From IMG/VR virus record IMGVR_UViG_3300032162_000173, positions 1-60,149 of that record: a stretch of DNA of 60,149 bases. The stretch is one strand, 5' to 3'. A program made the translations under genes and the position numbers. Within the stretch, counting starts at the first letter, position 1; the number at the start of each line of letters is the position of its first letter. The notes under the pieces are model-generated. The model was given only the letters and a program-made list of their open reading frames with translations, was not told the DNA's origin and did no database searches. Source of the DNA: a virus. Taxonomy: Duplodnaviria > Caudoviricetes. Positions 9,680 through 17,419 of this stretch are shown in pieces.

Positions 9680-9875
9680 AAACGCTGGTAGTTATTTCTG
9701 CCAACGTTTAGCGGTTTATGCTGTTTTGGAATTTGAAAAACTTCCGCTCCGAAAACATACGGAGCCAAATATAAAAACTAAAGTACAGCATGCGTTACGT
9801 CCGCCAAAATAGCATAAACCGCCGTGTTAGTGGCATGTGGCGGCAAATAAACAAAACACTTATAAATTTAAAGAT

Positions 9876-10235
9876 ATGGCACACCCTTGTTTTAGCTGCG
9901 GCAGTGAATGTTATTGTCATGGCGATATTGATGATGTAATTGTAAGTAAAACGCCTTCTAATTGCGATGGATGTGGATGCGATGATTCTGATGATAGAGG
10001 CGAATGGGATGATAATGATTCTGATTTTGGTTGGTGTTCTGAATGTGATGGTCACGATGCGTGTAGAGACTTTGGGTGTGCAATAAAATTGGGACATAGC
10101 ACACAACGGCGTTCCAGTGTTGCCGATGGTGTAGAACTGGCAGCACGAAGCAAAACTGAAATTATTAGCTGCCGTGATAGGTGCAGCTTCACTATTAACG
10201 TCCCGCTACACTATTGGCAACACATTGTTGTGTGA
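9876..10235 (+). CDS. Cys/Asp-rich cassette protein (putative metal-binding), reading through into the spacer
   Basis: CFSCGSECYCH, CDGCGC and CSECDGHDAC. ATG at 9876 follows an A-rich leader. No stop codon before the cassette end at 10107. Confidence 0.5.
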   Translation: MAHPCFSCGSECYCHGDIDDVIVSKTPSNCDGCGCDDSDDRGEWDDNDSDFGWCSECDGHDACRDFGCAIKLGHSTQRRSSVADGVELAARSKTEIISCRDRCSFTINVPLHYWQHIVV

Positions 10236-10275
10236 CGGTTTACGGGCTATTAATTAACCAATTTAAATTATAATC

Positions 10276-10620
10276 ATGTTTACAAAAGAGAAAGAAGAAA
10301 TTAGAATTTGCACCTGTCACGATGAAGAAGTTCCATTGATTTGGACGTTTGCTTTTAATGGTTCTGAATACTGGTGTCCCGCCTGTGGGTTCAATGGCGG
10401 TATGTTTGGGTCAGGAACAAAAGTTGAACTGACAAAAGACTTAAAAAAGTCTGCTAAGGAATGGGAAAAGAAAGCTGAAATATTTTTAGATGCAAAGTCA
10501 ACTTTGGTTTGCCATAGTAAAGAATTTGAAGGCAAAACTGTTTTAAGAAAAGACTTGCCAATAGAGGAAATTGAAAGGTGTAAAAAGATTGTGTCTGAAT
10601 GGGTTTATGAAATTGAATGA
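10276..10620 (+). CDS. Zn-ribbon-like cassette protein
   Basis: CTCH...WCPACG. Fills cassette 10227-10642. Confidence 0.65.
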   Translation: MFTKEKEEIRICTCHDEEVPLIWTFAFNGSEYWCPACGFNGGMFGSGTKVELTKDLKKSAKEWEKKAEIFLDAKSTLVCHSKEFEGKTVLRKDLPIEEIERCKKIVSEWVYEIE

Positions 10621-10792
10621 TGGTAGTAAACTGTCACACAACGGTTCGGGTATTTATGCAGGGCGGGAATTAATGCTCGTCAGCCCAATGCCTGTACCGC
10701 TGTTGAATAAAGATAAAAAGATTAATTAACCCCCGTCAGCCCGACTTGCATAAATACCATTGTTAGCGGCTGTACGGGCAGATTTAAGAGCA

Positions 10793-11074
10793 ATGACAAA
10801 AATGAAATCAATGGCAGCTTTCCTTGCCTTAGCTGCACTGTCTGGTCAAAGTTTTATGGCTTCTGGTCGTGGCGAAGAATTAGAAACATTCACGCCAATT
10901 CCAAAGGAGCCACCAATTCCAAAAGGGTGCAAGGAGTATTTTTTCAATAAGGATGGAGATTTTTCAAACAGGCACATGAGGCGTGATGAACTTGTTTTTA
11001 AATGCGTTGCTTCAAACGATAAAGTAGCAAAAAAGAAGTTTCAAAAATGGCTGAACTCTCAAGATGTAGTATAG
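10793..11074 (+). CDS. Hypothetical cassette protein
   Basis: Fills cassette 10762-11082. The stop codon lies inside the right terminal repeat. Confidence 0.6.
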   Translation: MTKMKSMAAFLALAALSGQSFMASGRGEELETFTPIPKEPPIPKGCKEYFFNKDGDFSNRHMRRDELVFKCVASNDKVAKKKFQKWLNSQDVV

Positions 11075-11160
11075 CCGCTAACGTGATAGCAGCTTTATGT
11101 AGTTGCGATTTTTAGTTCCCGAAGTTTGATTGAAAATATAATGATTATAAAAGCAATGAT

Positions 11161-11544
11161 ATGAAGAATGGTATTATTCGAGAGTTGATAAACTTTGCTA
11201 AAGTTGGGCAAGAAAAAGCCGACAAAGATGCGGAGACTAAGAATATAAATGGACTGTATTATTTAGGAAAGGCTTCGGCTTTTTCTGATATTATTCTTAA
11301 AGCTGAATTGCTTTTTGGTACACCGTTGAATAATGATATTCAGCCGCAATTACATAAAACTGCCTGTTATACGCCGTTGGTGGAATTTAAAAACCGAAGG
11401 CTCAAATTACAGATGTCGTTGCGTGATGTTACCAAAGTTACGGGTGTATCTGCTGCTACAATTAGCAGGATAGAGATGGGTAAAGAAGCAGAGTACAGTA
11501 ATGTTCAAAAGCTGGATAGTTATTATGCCACCAATGGCGTATAA
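11161..11544 (+). CDS. XRE-family HTH protein; N-terminal half encoded in a spacer loop
   Basis: C-terminal RRLKLQMSLRDVTKVTGVSAATISRIEMG is an XRE HTH. The ORF crosses the spacer/cassette junction at 11366. Confidence 0.75.
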   Translation: MKNGIIRELINFAKVGQEKADKDAETKNINGLYYLGKASAFSDIILKAELLFGTPLNNDIQPQLHKTACYTPLVEFKNRRLKLQMSLRDVTKVTGVSAATISRIEMGKEAEYSNVQKLDSYYATNGV

Positions 11545-11680
11545 CGTAAAGCATTTGTGAAGGCACGGAAATCAAGGCTTGTCAGCCGAGAACCTGCACA
11601 GGTGATTAATTAATAACCAAAAGTACAGCCGAGTTCCGTCCGCCGTGCTTTTATAAATGCACTTGTTGTGCGAAGTTTTT

Positions 11681-12028
11681 ATGTCAGATAAGTTTAAATT
11701 AAAAAGAATAAAACAATGCGACAAATGTCCATGGAAAGAAAGTACAGACCCTTACGAAATTCCTGATGGTTATTGCGAAATAAAACATAAAAATCTTTCA
11801 AATACAATAGCTAATCCGAATGAGTTAAGGTTGGGCGGCACAATGAATATAATGGCTTGTCATCATTCTAATGGCAACGACCAAATGTATTGTGTCGGTT
11901 GGTTAAATAACCAATTAGGTGTCGGCAATAATATTAGGTTACGAATACAAATGATGCGGTGCGAAAATATTGGTAAATTAAAAATTGTCGGAGAACAACA
12001 CGAACGATTTGAAGATACGTTGCCCTAA
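11681..12028 (+). CDS. Cys-containing cassette protein (DUF6283-like)
   Basis: QCDKCPWK...MACH...YCVGWL. Fills cassette 11665-12041. Confidence 0.55.
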   Translation: MSDKFKLKRIKQCDKCPWKESTDPYEIPDGYCEIKHKNLSNTIANPNELRLGGTMNIMACHHSNGNDQMYCVGWLNNQLGVGNNIRLRIQMMRCENIGKLKIVGEQHERFEDTLP

Positions 12029-12061
12029 AATTTCGCACAACTCGTTAATATACGATATAAG

Positions 12062-12286
12062 ATGATACAACTAATTGAAAGACAAAAGGGTAAATTCTGC
12101 ATGATAATACATGGAGTGAACTGCGTCTTTATGCCAATGGAATTGTTTGTAAATAATCAGCTTTTGCCATTGGCCAAAAAAATAAAAGGTTCAACCCTGG
12201 GTTGGTATATTAAAAGGATGTTTGTTAGCTATAACCAAATAAAAAAAACAATTACCATTGGCCCTGACACTGCCTTTTATGAATAA
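12062..12286 (+). CDS. Hypothetical protein
   Basis: ORF directly after the array. Confidence 0.5.
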   Translation: MIQLIERQKGKFCMIIHGVNCVFMPMELFVNNQLLPLAKKIKGSTLGWYIKRMFVSYNQIKKTITIGPDTAFYE

Positions 12287-12361
12287 ATTTGGCTGGCCTT
12301 TTATGTCATTATTTCAATAGATGCTTTTAATGTAAATTTGGGTATCCTATTGAAAAACATT

Positions 12362-12877
12362 ATGAAGGGTTACATACCGGTGGAGATACCGACTAAGCGG
12401 TATATTAAAGCATACATACATTTCAAGCTGGGCGAAAAAGCTTTTATGAATACGGAATGTAATATTGGTTCTAAATTGTATGACGTATTGAATCATAAGA
12501 CCAATGAGGAAAAAAGCCGTTTTTCTAACGTAAGATATAATACCACGCTGAGGTTGTATGTAAGCTACCATACCTTTACCCACAGAGGCGCTTTTCTTAA
12601 CGAAACAAACATAAAAAATTTTAATCTTTATGTAGAAGGTATTATTAAAGACCGATTTCGCCTGTATATGGATTTTTACATTTCTATTCTTCCCAGCTTC
12701 GAGGCTAACCTGCCAGAGGTGCGTAAAAACCTGGGTATTGATATAGAAGACTGGAGTGACGACAGTATGAGAAAAGATTACTACAGGTACCGGTTGTATA
12801 AAGGGAAACCTCTCTTATATGAAAAAAACAATGCCGCAACTGTCCCATCGGTAATTAATCAGAATTTTGGTTTTTAG
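12362..12877 (+). CDS. Hypothetical DNA-binding protein, candidate late-transcription activator
   Basis: Last gene before the structural module. Basic C-terminal MRKDYYRYR helix. Function inferred from position only. Confidence 0.4.
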   Translation: MKGYIPVEIPTKRYIKAYIHFKLGEKAFMNTECNIGSKLYDVLNHKTNEEKSRFSNVRYNTTLRLYVSYHTFTHRGAFLNETNIKNFNLYVEGIIKDRFRLYMDFYISILPSFEANLPEVRKNLGIDIEDWSDDSMRKDYYRYRLYKGKPLLYEKNNAATVPSVINQNFGF

Positions 12878-12909
12878 GGCCAAAAAGAATGCCGCAACTG
12901 TCCCATCGG
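12830..12909 (+). repeat. 22-bp direct repeat AATGCCGCAACTGTCCCATCGG
   Basis: Identical copies at 12830-12851 and 12888-12909. Confidence 0.85.
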
Positions 12910-12944
12910 AGAATTGCGTGCCGGATAGTCTTTAGCTTCGCTGA

Positions 12945-13415
12945 ATGAAACCAGCTTACTCAGATATTTTCCTGAAACCTGGTGCCGTTAACCACGGCAT
13001 TGTAAGTGTAAAAGTTGTCCCGCGTGAATGGCTGTCTGCTGATCCTGTCATTGACTTCAATACCGGTAAGGTAATAGCCGCAGTTTCTCTTGCTGCCGGC
13101 AGAAGCTGGATATTGCTCGATTTTGCAGCAACTACTTATAAGTACGACGAAAAGCTAAAAAGTACCCGTCCGGGTTCTTTTTACGAAATTTCCCTCTCCG
13201 GATCATTTAATAATTATGATTCTTTAATACAACAGGTAACTGACAGCCTGCGCTACCACGAGTTAGTCGCCATTGTGATGGATCGCAACAAAAGAATAAA
13301 GCTTGCCGGCACCAAAGAAGCCGGTTTTGGCGTTTCTCCCGCTAATAATATATACTCCGGGCACATAGATTTGTTGATGGAAAGTGAATTTCCTGCACCT
13401 TTTTATGAATTTTAG
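12945..13415 (+). CDS. Hypothetical virion-associated protein
   Basis: Beta-rich ORF at the start of the structural module. Confidence 0.5.
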   Translation: MKPAYSDIFLKPGAVNHGIVSVKVVPREWLSADPVIDFNTGKVIAAVSLAAGRSWILLDFAATTYKYDEKLKSTRPGSFYEISLSGSFNNYDSLIQQVTDSLRYHELVAIVMDRNKRIKLAGTKEAGFGVSPANNIYSGHIDLLMESEFPAPFYEF

Positions 13416-13468
13416 AACTGTAAAATACCTTCTGCCTTCAGGCTAAGAAGGAGTTATCCCCGTTTTTC

Positions 13469-13503
13469 GTCCTTTTACAACCTATAATCTCATTGCATTT
13501 TCG
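13469..13503 (+). promoter_or_regulatory. Putative late promoter (GTCCTTT with a -7-like octamer 27 nt downstream)
   Basis: GTCCTTT at 13469 and CATTTTCG at 13496. Same geometry at seven other sites. Confidence 0.65.
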
Positions 13504-13529
13504 TAGCCTAAAGAACTACGGGCACTTCA

Positions 13530-14450
13530 ATGAGCATACAAACAGCATCTGATATTCTTCGCGGGAGGTTGTTAATAGAGCCATCTTTTGCCGCCGGACA
13601 GTTGCCTGTGATTATGCAAATGATAAAAGACCAGGTAACGGACAGTAAACTACTCTACAATGTAAGATCACAACGGGCTCCCGAAACCATTTTAAACATT
13701 CCCATCCGGAAGGTATTTGCTGCTGCAGAGCAGTTTGATGTTTTTTCAGTAACGCCATATACATCAGTTGACCGCCTTGGCTACGACTCTATAGTTATCA
13801 TAAATATTATCGGCCCTGTAATGAAATACGGCGGGTGGTACTCGTGGGGCACTGTTGAGCTAAATGACCTGGTGATACGGATGGCTAAAAGCGATAAGGT
13901 AGAAGGTATCATTCTGAATATAGACAGCCCCGGCGGGCAGGCTGCAGGTACCGGTGATTTTGCACAAACGATACGGGATGCCGGCAGAATAAAACCGGTA
14001 TTGGCTGTGGTGCAGGATGGTTACGCTGCGAGCGCCGCTATGTGGATCGCCAGCGCTGCGCTGGAGATATATGTAACACAACCTACAGACCAGGTCGGCA
14101 GCATTGGCGCGTACAATACTCTTTATGACATCTACGGCTACCTGGAGAAACAAGGACTGAACGTAAGAGACATCTACGCGCCGCAAAGTGTTGACAAAAA
14201 CCAGGACTTTATTAAAGCGCTGGAAGGCGACGACTCGCTGATAAAAGAAGATCTGAAATTTTTAGTGGACAATTTTATCGGCACGGTCAAAACAAACCGC
14301 GGCCAGCGGATCAGCATGAGTGGTGATGAGCCCTTTACAGGTAAAATGTACAATGCTGCAGACGCTAAAAAAATGGGCCTTATAGACGGAATAAAACCAA
14401 TGTCGGGCGTAGTAAAGAGAATAGAACAATTAATCGCATTAAGAGCATAA
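13530..14450 (+). CDS. S49 (SppA/ClpP-like) prohead protease
   Basis: LNIDSPGGQ, AASAAMWIAS and VGSIG motifs. Confidence 0.9.
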   Translation: MSIQTASDILRGRLLIEPSFAAGQLPVIMQMIKDQVTDSKLLYNVRSQRAPETILNIPIRKVFAAAEQFDVFSVTPYTSVDRLGYDSIVIINIIGPVMKYGGWYSWGTVELNDLVIRMAKSDKVEGIILNIDSPGGQAAGTGDFAQTIRDAGRIKPVLAVVQDGYAASAAMWIASAALEIYVTQPTDQVGSIGAYNTLYDIYGYLEKQGLNVRDIYAPQSVDKNQDFIKALEGDDSLIKEDLKFLVDNFIGTVKTNRGQRISMSGDEPFTGKMYNAADAKKMGLIDGIKPMSGVVKRIEQLIALRA

Positions 14451-14463
14451 ACATTTTATATCT

Positions 14464-14943
14464 ATGAAATATCCACAAATAGCCGCAGCATTGGGATGGA
14501 CAGAAACTCCTGACATGACTGAAGGCATTTTTTTGCAGCCGGTAGAAGCCGGAAAAATCAATTCGGACCTGGAAGCAGGCTCCGCAGCACAACAGGCAGT
14601 GATTGACCTGGCAGAAGCAAAAGGCACGATAACCGAACGGGATAATACAATCTCGGCGCTGAATACTACCATAGGTGATATGACAACTTCCGCCGATACT
14701 GCTGCTCAAGCCGCAACAAATACGATTGCCCGGCGTGACCAGCGCATTACTGAACTGGAAGCACAGGTAACTGAGCTTGGTAAAGGAAGCAGCGGTAATG
14801 GTACCACATTAACAACAGTGGCAGACGAGGCTAAGCCTGAAACGGTAAACGAAGCAGGTGTAGTAGGCTATGACAGTCCGGATCATCCCGGTAACCAAAT
14901 GGTTGATCAATATACACGTAAAAAAGCGGTAAAAAAAGCTTAA
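14464..14943 (+). CDS. Putative capsid scaffolding protein
   Basis: Ala/Thr-rich coiled coil located between the protease and capsid genes. Confidence 0.55.
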   Translation: MKYPQIAAALGWTETPDMTEGIFLQPVEAGKINSDLEAGSAAQQAVIDLAEAKGTITERDNTISALNTTIGDMTTSADTAAQAATNTIARRDQRITELEAQVTELGKGSSGNGTTLTTVADEAKPETVNEAGVVGYDSPDHPGNQMVDQYTRKKAVKKA

Positions 14944-14988
14944 AGATTTTTTAATATCCAATATTCTATAAAAACTAAATTTTTTTAA

Positions 14989-15960
14989 ATGGCAGATACA
15001 GTTATCTCCCCCGAACAGATGATAGCGGATTTCGGCGGGTATTATTTAGACGCAGGCCAAAATCAGAATAGCCTGATGATGCGTCCGTTCACTCCCTTCG
15101 GTACATTGGATGCATTTACAATGTGGCCAACCAACGACACCATACTTCGCATGGGCGAGGTACAGGTTGGTGAAATACTGCAGGCTTACCAGGACGAATA
15201 CACGCCAAAGGGTCAGGTGGTATTCAAGCCTATCACCATCACCATGTTTGAGCAGAAAATTGACCAGGCTTTTAACCCAACGAAGCTTTACAGAACGTGG
15301 GCTGCTTTCTTAACGAGCAACAACACCGACCGTACAACATGGCCGTTTCCTAAATGGTTTATAGAAAAGTATCTGCTTGGACAGGTTGATGAAGACCTGG
15401 AAACGCAAGCCATTTACACAGGTACTTATGTTGCACCGACAACAGGCGTGGCTGGCGCTGCCATCAACGCTATGGATGGGGTTAAGAAAATCATTAATGC
15501 AGGCATTACTGCCGGTTCTATTGTACCGATTGCTACCGGTGTATTGCCAACCGACGAGGTAGCATTTGTAACTGCGATAGAAGCATGGATAGCAATGCTT
15601 CCGGTTAAATACCAGAGAAAGCAAATGCAACTGAACCTGGCAGTTCCGCTGCAAAACAGGTGGAGAAGGGGCATGCGCAAGAAGTATAACATGAATTATG
15701 GGCAGGTTTCAGAACTTGACAACATAACAGATTTTGAAAACATCACTATTGCCGGACGTGTGAGCATGGGAAACAGCAATAAAATTTGGATGACTCCCAA
15801 GGAAAACGCCATAGCTGCAGTAAAAGGTTATGAGAATAAAAACGGTTTTCAATTAGAAAAAGTTGACCGTAAAGTGAAGATTTACACTGACTGGTTTATA
15901 GGTGTTGGTTTTCTTTTGAAGGATATCATTTTTACTAATGACCAGGATTTGACTGCGTAA
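14989..15960 (+). CDS. Major capsid protein
   Basis: 323 aa, follows protease and scaffold. IYTG...AMDGVKKII and the C-terminal KIYTDWFIGVGF are typical of HK97-fold capsids. Confidence 0.8.
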   Translation: MADTVISPEQMIADFGGYYLDAGQNQNSLMMRPFTPFGTLDAFTMWPTNDTILRMGEVQVGEILQAYQDEYTPKGQVVFKPITITMFEQKIDQAFNPTKLYRTWAAFLTSNNTDRTTWPFPKWFIEKYLLGQVDEDLETQAIYTGTYVAPTTGVAGAAINAMDGVKKIINAGITAGSIVPIATGVLPTDEVAFVTAIEAWIAMLPVKYQRKQMQLNLAVPLQNRWRRGMRKKYNMNYGQVSELDNITDFENITIAGRVSMGNSNKIWMTPKENAIAAVKGYENKNGFQLEKVDRKVKIYTDWFIGVGFLLKDIIFTNDQDLTA

Positions 15961-15978
15961 GAGCAGTTGGGAGATGAT

Positions 15979-16034
15979 AGTTGACAGTTGACAGCTTACA
16001 GTTGGCAGTTGGCAGTTGACAGTTCACAGTTGAC
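15979..16034 (+). repeat. Heptamer tandem repeat (AGTTGAC) x8
   Basis: agttgac agttgac agcttac agttggc agttggc agttgac agttcac agttgac. Confidence 0.9.
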
Positions 16035-16093
16035 AGAAAAATAAATTTTTAAACGGCGCTCCTTTTAATCGGGAACGCATTAATACACATATT

Positions 16094-16513
16094 ATGGCTG
16101 ATGATATAGTAACCGAGAAAACCCGGAATCAGATTACAGAGGGTAAAGAAACGACTCTTGACGAAAGAATAGGTAATGATGGTTCGCATGCCGCTACTAA
16201 TGACCTGACTACCGAACAACTTTTTGAAATTATAAGAAAGCAAGGAGAGCAGATAGCGACTATCACGGCCACTTTTGGCAGAGGTACTGAGCTGAAAGTA
16301 GTGGCGACAGAAAAGGCGCCTGAGATACCTAAAGACGGTGTAAAGCATAAGAAAAAGACTTATGACTTTACCATGCCGGTTTTTATGCTGCCGGTAGTTG
16401 TTGAAGGTTATGACACAACCAGGTTTACTGCTGAAGAAGCGGCTACTGACCCTAAAGTAATTGAGGCTATCATGTCTATAAACGGGCAGGGTATACTGAA
16501 AGAAAGGGTGTAA
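16094..16513 (+). CDS. Hypothetical structural protein
   Basis: ORF following the capsid gene. Confidence 0.55.
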   Translation: MADDIVTEKTRNQITEGKETTLDERIGNDGSHAATNDLTTEQLFEIIRKQGEQIATITATFGRGTELKVVATEKAPEIPKDGVKHKKKTYDFTMPVFMLPVVVEGYDTTRFTAEEAATDPKVIEAIMSINGQGILKERV

Positions 16514-16519
16514 GAGATG

Positions 16520-16592
16520 CCTCACCCCAGGCCCTCTCCTCGCGGAGATGGAGGAAGAACCTCACTCTGGCCCTCTCATTGTGGAGAGGGGA
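16520..16592 (+). repeat. Two tandem REP-like palindromes (CCTCACCC..CCCTCTCC..GGAGAGGG family)
   Basis: Copies at 16520-16553 and 16560-16592. Confidence 0.75.
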
Positions 16593-16630
16593 TTATGAAA
16601 TAAATTATCCAATCCTGAAAAAACAATATT

Positions 16631-17170
16631 ATGGATTATAAAAATTTGAAGAATCCTCGGAACGTAAAGAGCGGTGTGGCTGAGTATCTGTTGCTTGCGC
16701 CATTTGCATGGTTTACGGTTGGCGGTGTGAAGGCTCCGGTTGCGCCTTTTGCAAATCCGGGAGACTCTATGATCATTAAAACGCCGCATGAATTTTTGCC
16801 GGGCAAAGGGTTTATTTATGTATCCACGGCGCCACAGAAAAATAGTAGTGGTTATAAATCTGTGGGTGATCCCGGTTTTGTTGGTTTTAACTCCGAAGTG
16901 AAAGCGTTTATAGCAGGCAGTTACCCGGAGGCCCACGAATTTGCAAAAAATATTTTAAATGTGCCGCTTATTGTATTGCAAAAAGACTCTAACTGTGCCG
17001 CAAATTTGTTCTACCAATTCGGTAACGACTGTACGTTTGCCTACCTGAAAGTAGATTTTAATACAAGCACAACCAATAACGGTGTCAAAGGCTTTGACGG
17101 TACAATCACGTATGATGATGGTCCGCAGTTTTACGAGGTTCCAGATGGCCCGGCGATGCTGGCTGATTAA
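16631..17170 (+). CDS. Putative major tail (tube) protein
   Basis: Size, beta-rich composition and position among virion genes. Confidence 0.55.
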   Translation: MDYKNLKNPRNVKSGVAEYLLLAPFAWFTVGGVKAPVAPFANPGDSMIIKTPHEFLPGKGFIYVSTAPQKNSSGYKSVGDPGFVGFNSEVKAFIAGSYPEAHEFAKNILNVPLIVLQKDSNCAANLFYQFGNDCTFAYLKVDFNTSTTNNGVKGFDGTITYDDGPQFYEVPDGPAMLAD

Positions 17171-17200
17171 CCTCACCCTGCCCTCTCCTCTTGGAGAGGG
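17171..17200 (+). repeat. REP-like palindrome
   Basis: CCTCACCCTGCCCTCTCCTCTTGGAGAGGG. Confidence 0.8.
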
Positions 17201-17241
17201 TGAAGAACTAATAATTTTTAATTTCGATACCTCATATCATT

Positions 17242-17272
17242 AAAAATCCTCTGCTTATTGCAGGGGATTTTT
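17242..17272. terminator. Bidirectional intrinsic terminator
   Basis: AAAAATCCTCTGC-ttatt-GCAGGGGATTTTT. Confidence 0.65.
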
Positions 17273-17294
17273 ATATTTATACCTGCTTACCTTC

Positions 17295-17412
17295 GTGCAG
17301 CGAGACCTGTTTTATTTAAGTAAGAAAAGCAACTACCTTATGGTGGCTGGTCCCGGGCATTTTCATGCCCGCTTTTCTTATTAAGATCAGGTCTCGCACA
17401 CAACCAGCCATC
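17295..17412 (+). ncRNA. Structured leader or antisense RNA (c4-like architecture)
   Basis: Pairings 17300-17309/17388-17397, 17321-17330/17371-17380 and 17342-17351/17403-17412, plus hairpin 17355-17370. A -7-like TACCTTCG precedes it. Confidence 0.5.
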
Positions 17413-17419
17413 TATTTTT

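Larger units (their letters stand above)
8908..12041 (+). mobile_element. Integron-like gene-cassette array: GTT...AAC cassettes separated by attC-like stem-loop spacers
   Basis: Cassettes at 9359-9705, 9826-10107, 10227-10642, 10762-11082, 11366-11545 and 11665-12041, each with its own terminal inverted repeat (degenerate in 9826-10107). Spacers are 120, 119, 119, 283 and 119 bp with 18-19 bp inner stems. A broken cassette starts at 8908. Confidence 0.8.

Noticed and set aside
9359-12041. CRISPR interpretation of the regularly spaced elements
   Set aside because: The repeats are not identical, the intervening units are whole genes of 180-416 bp, and no cas genes are present.
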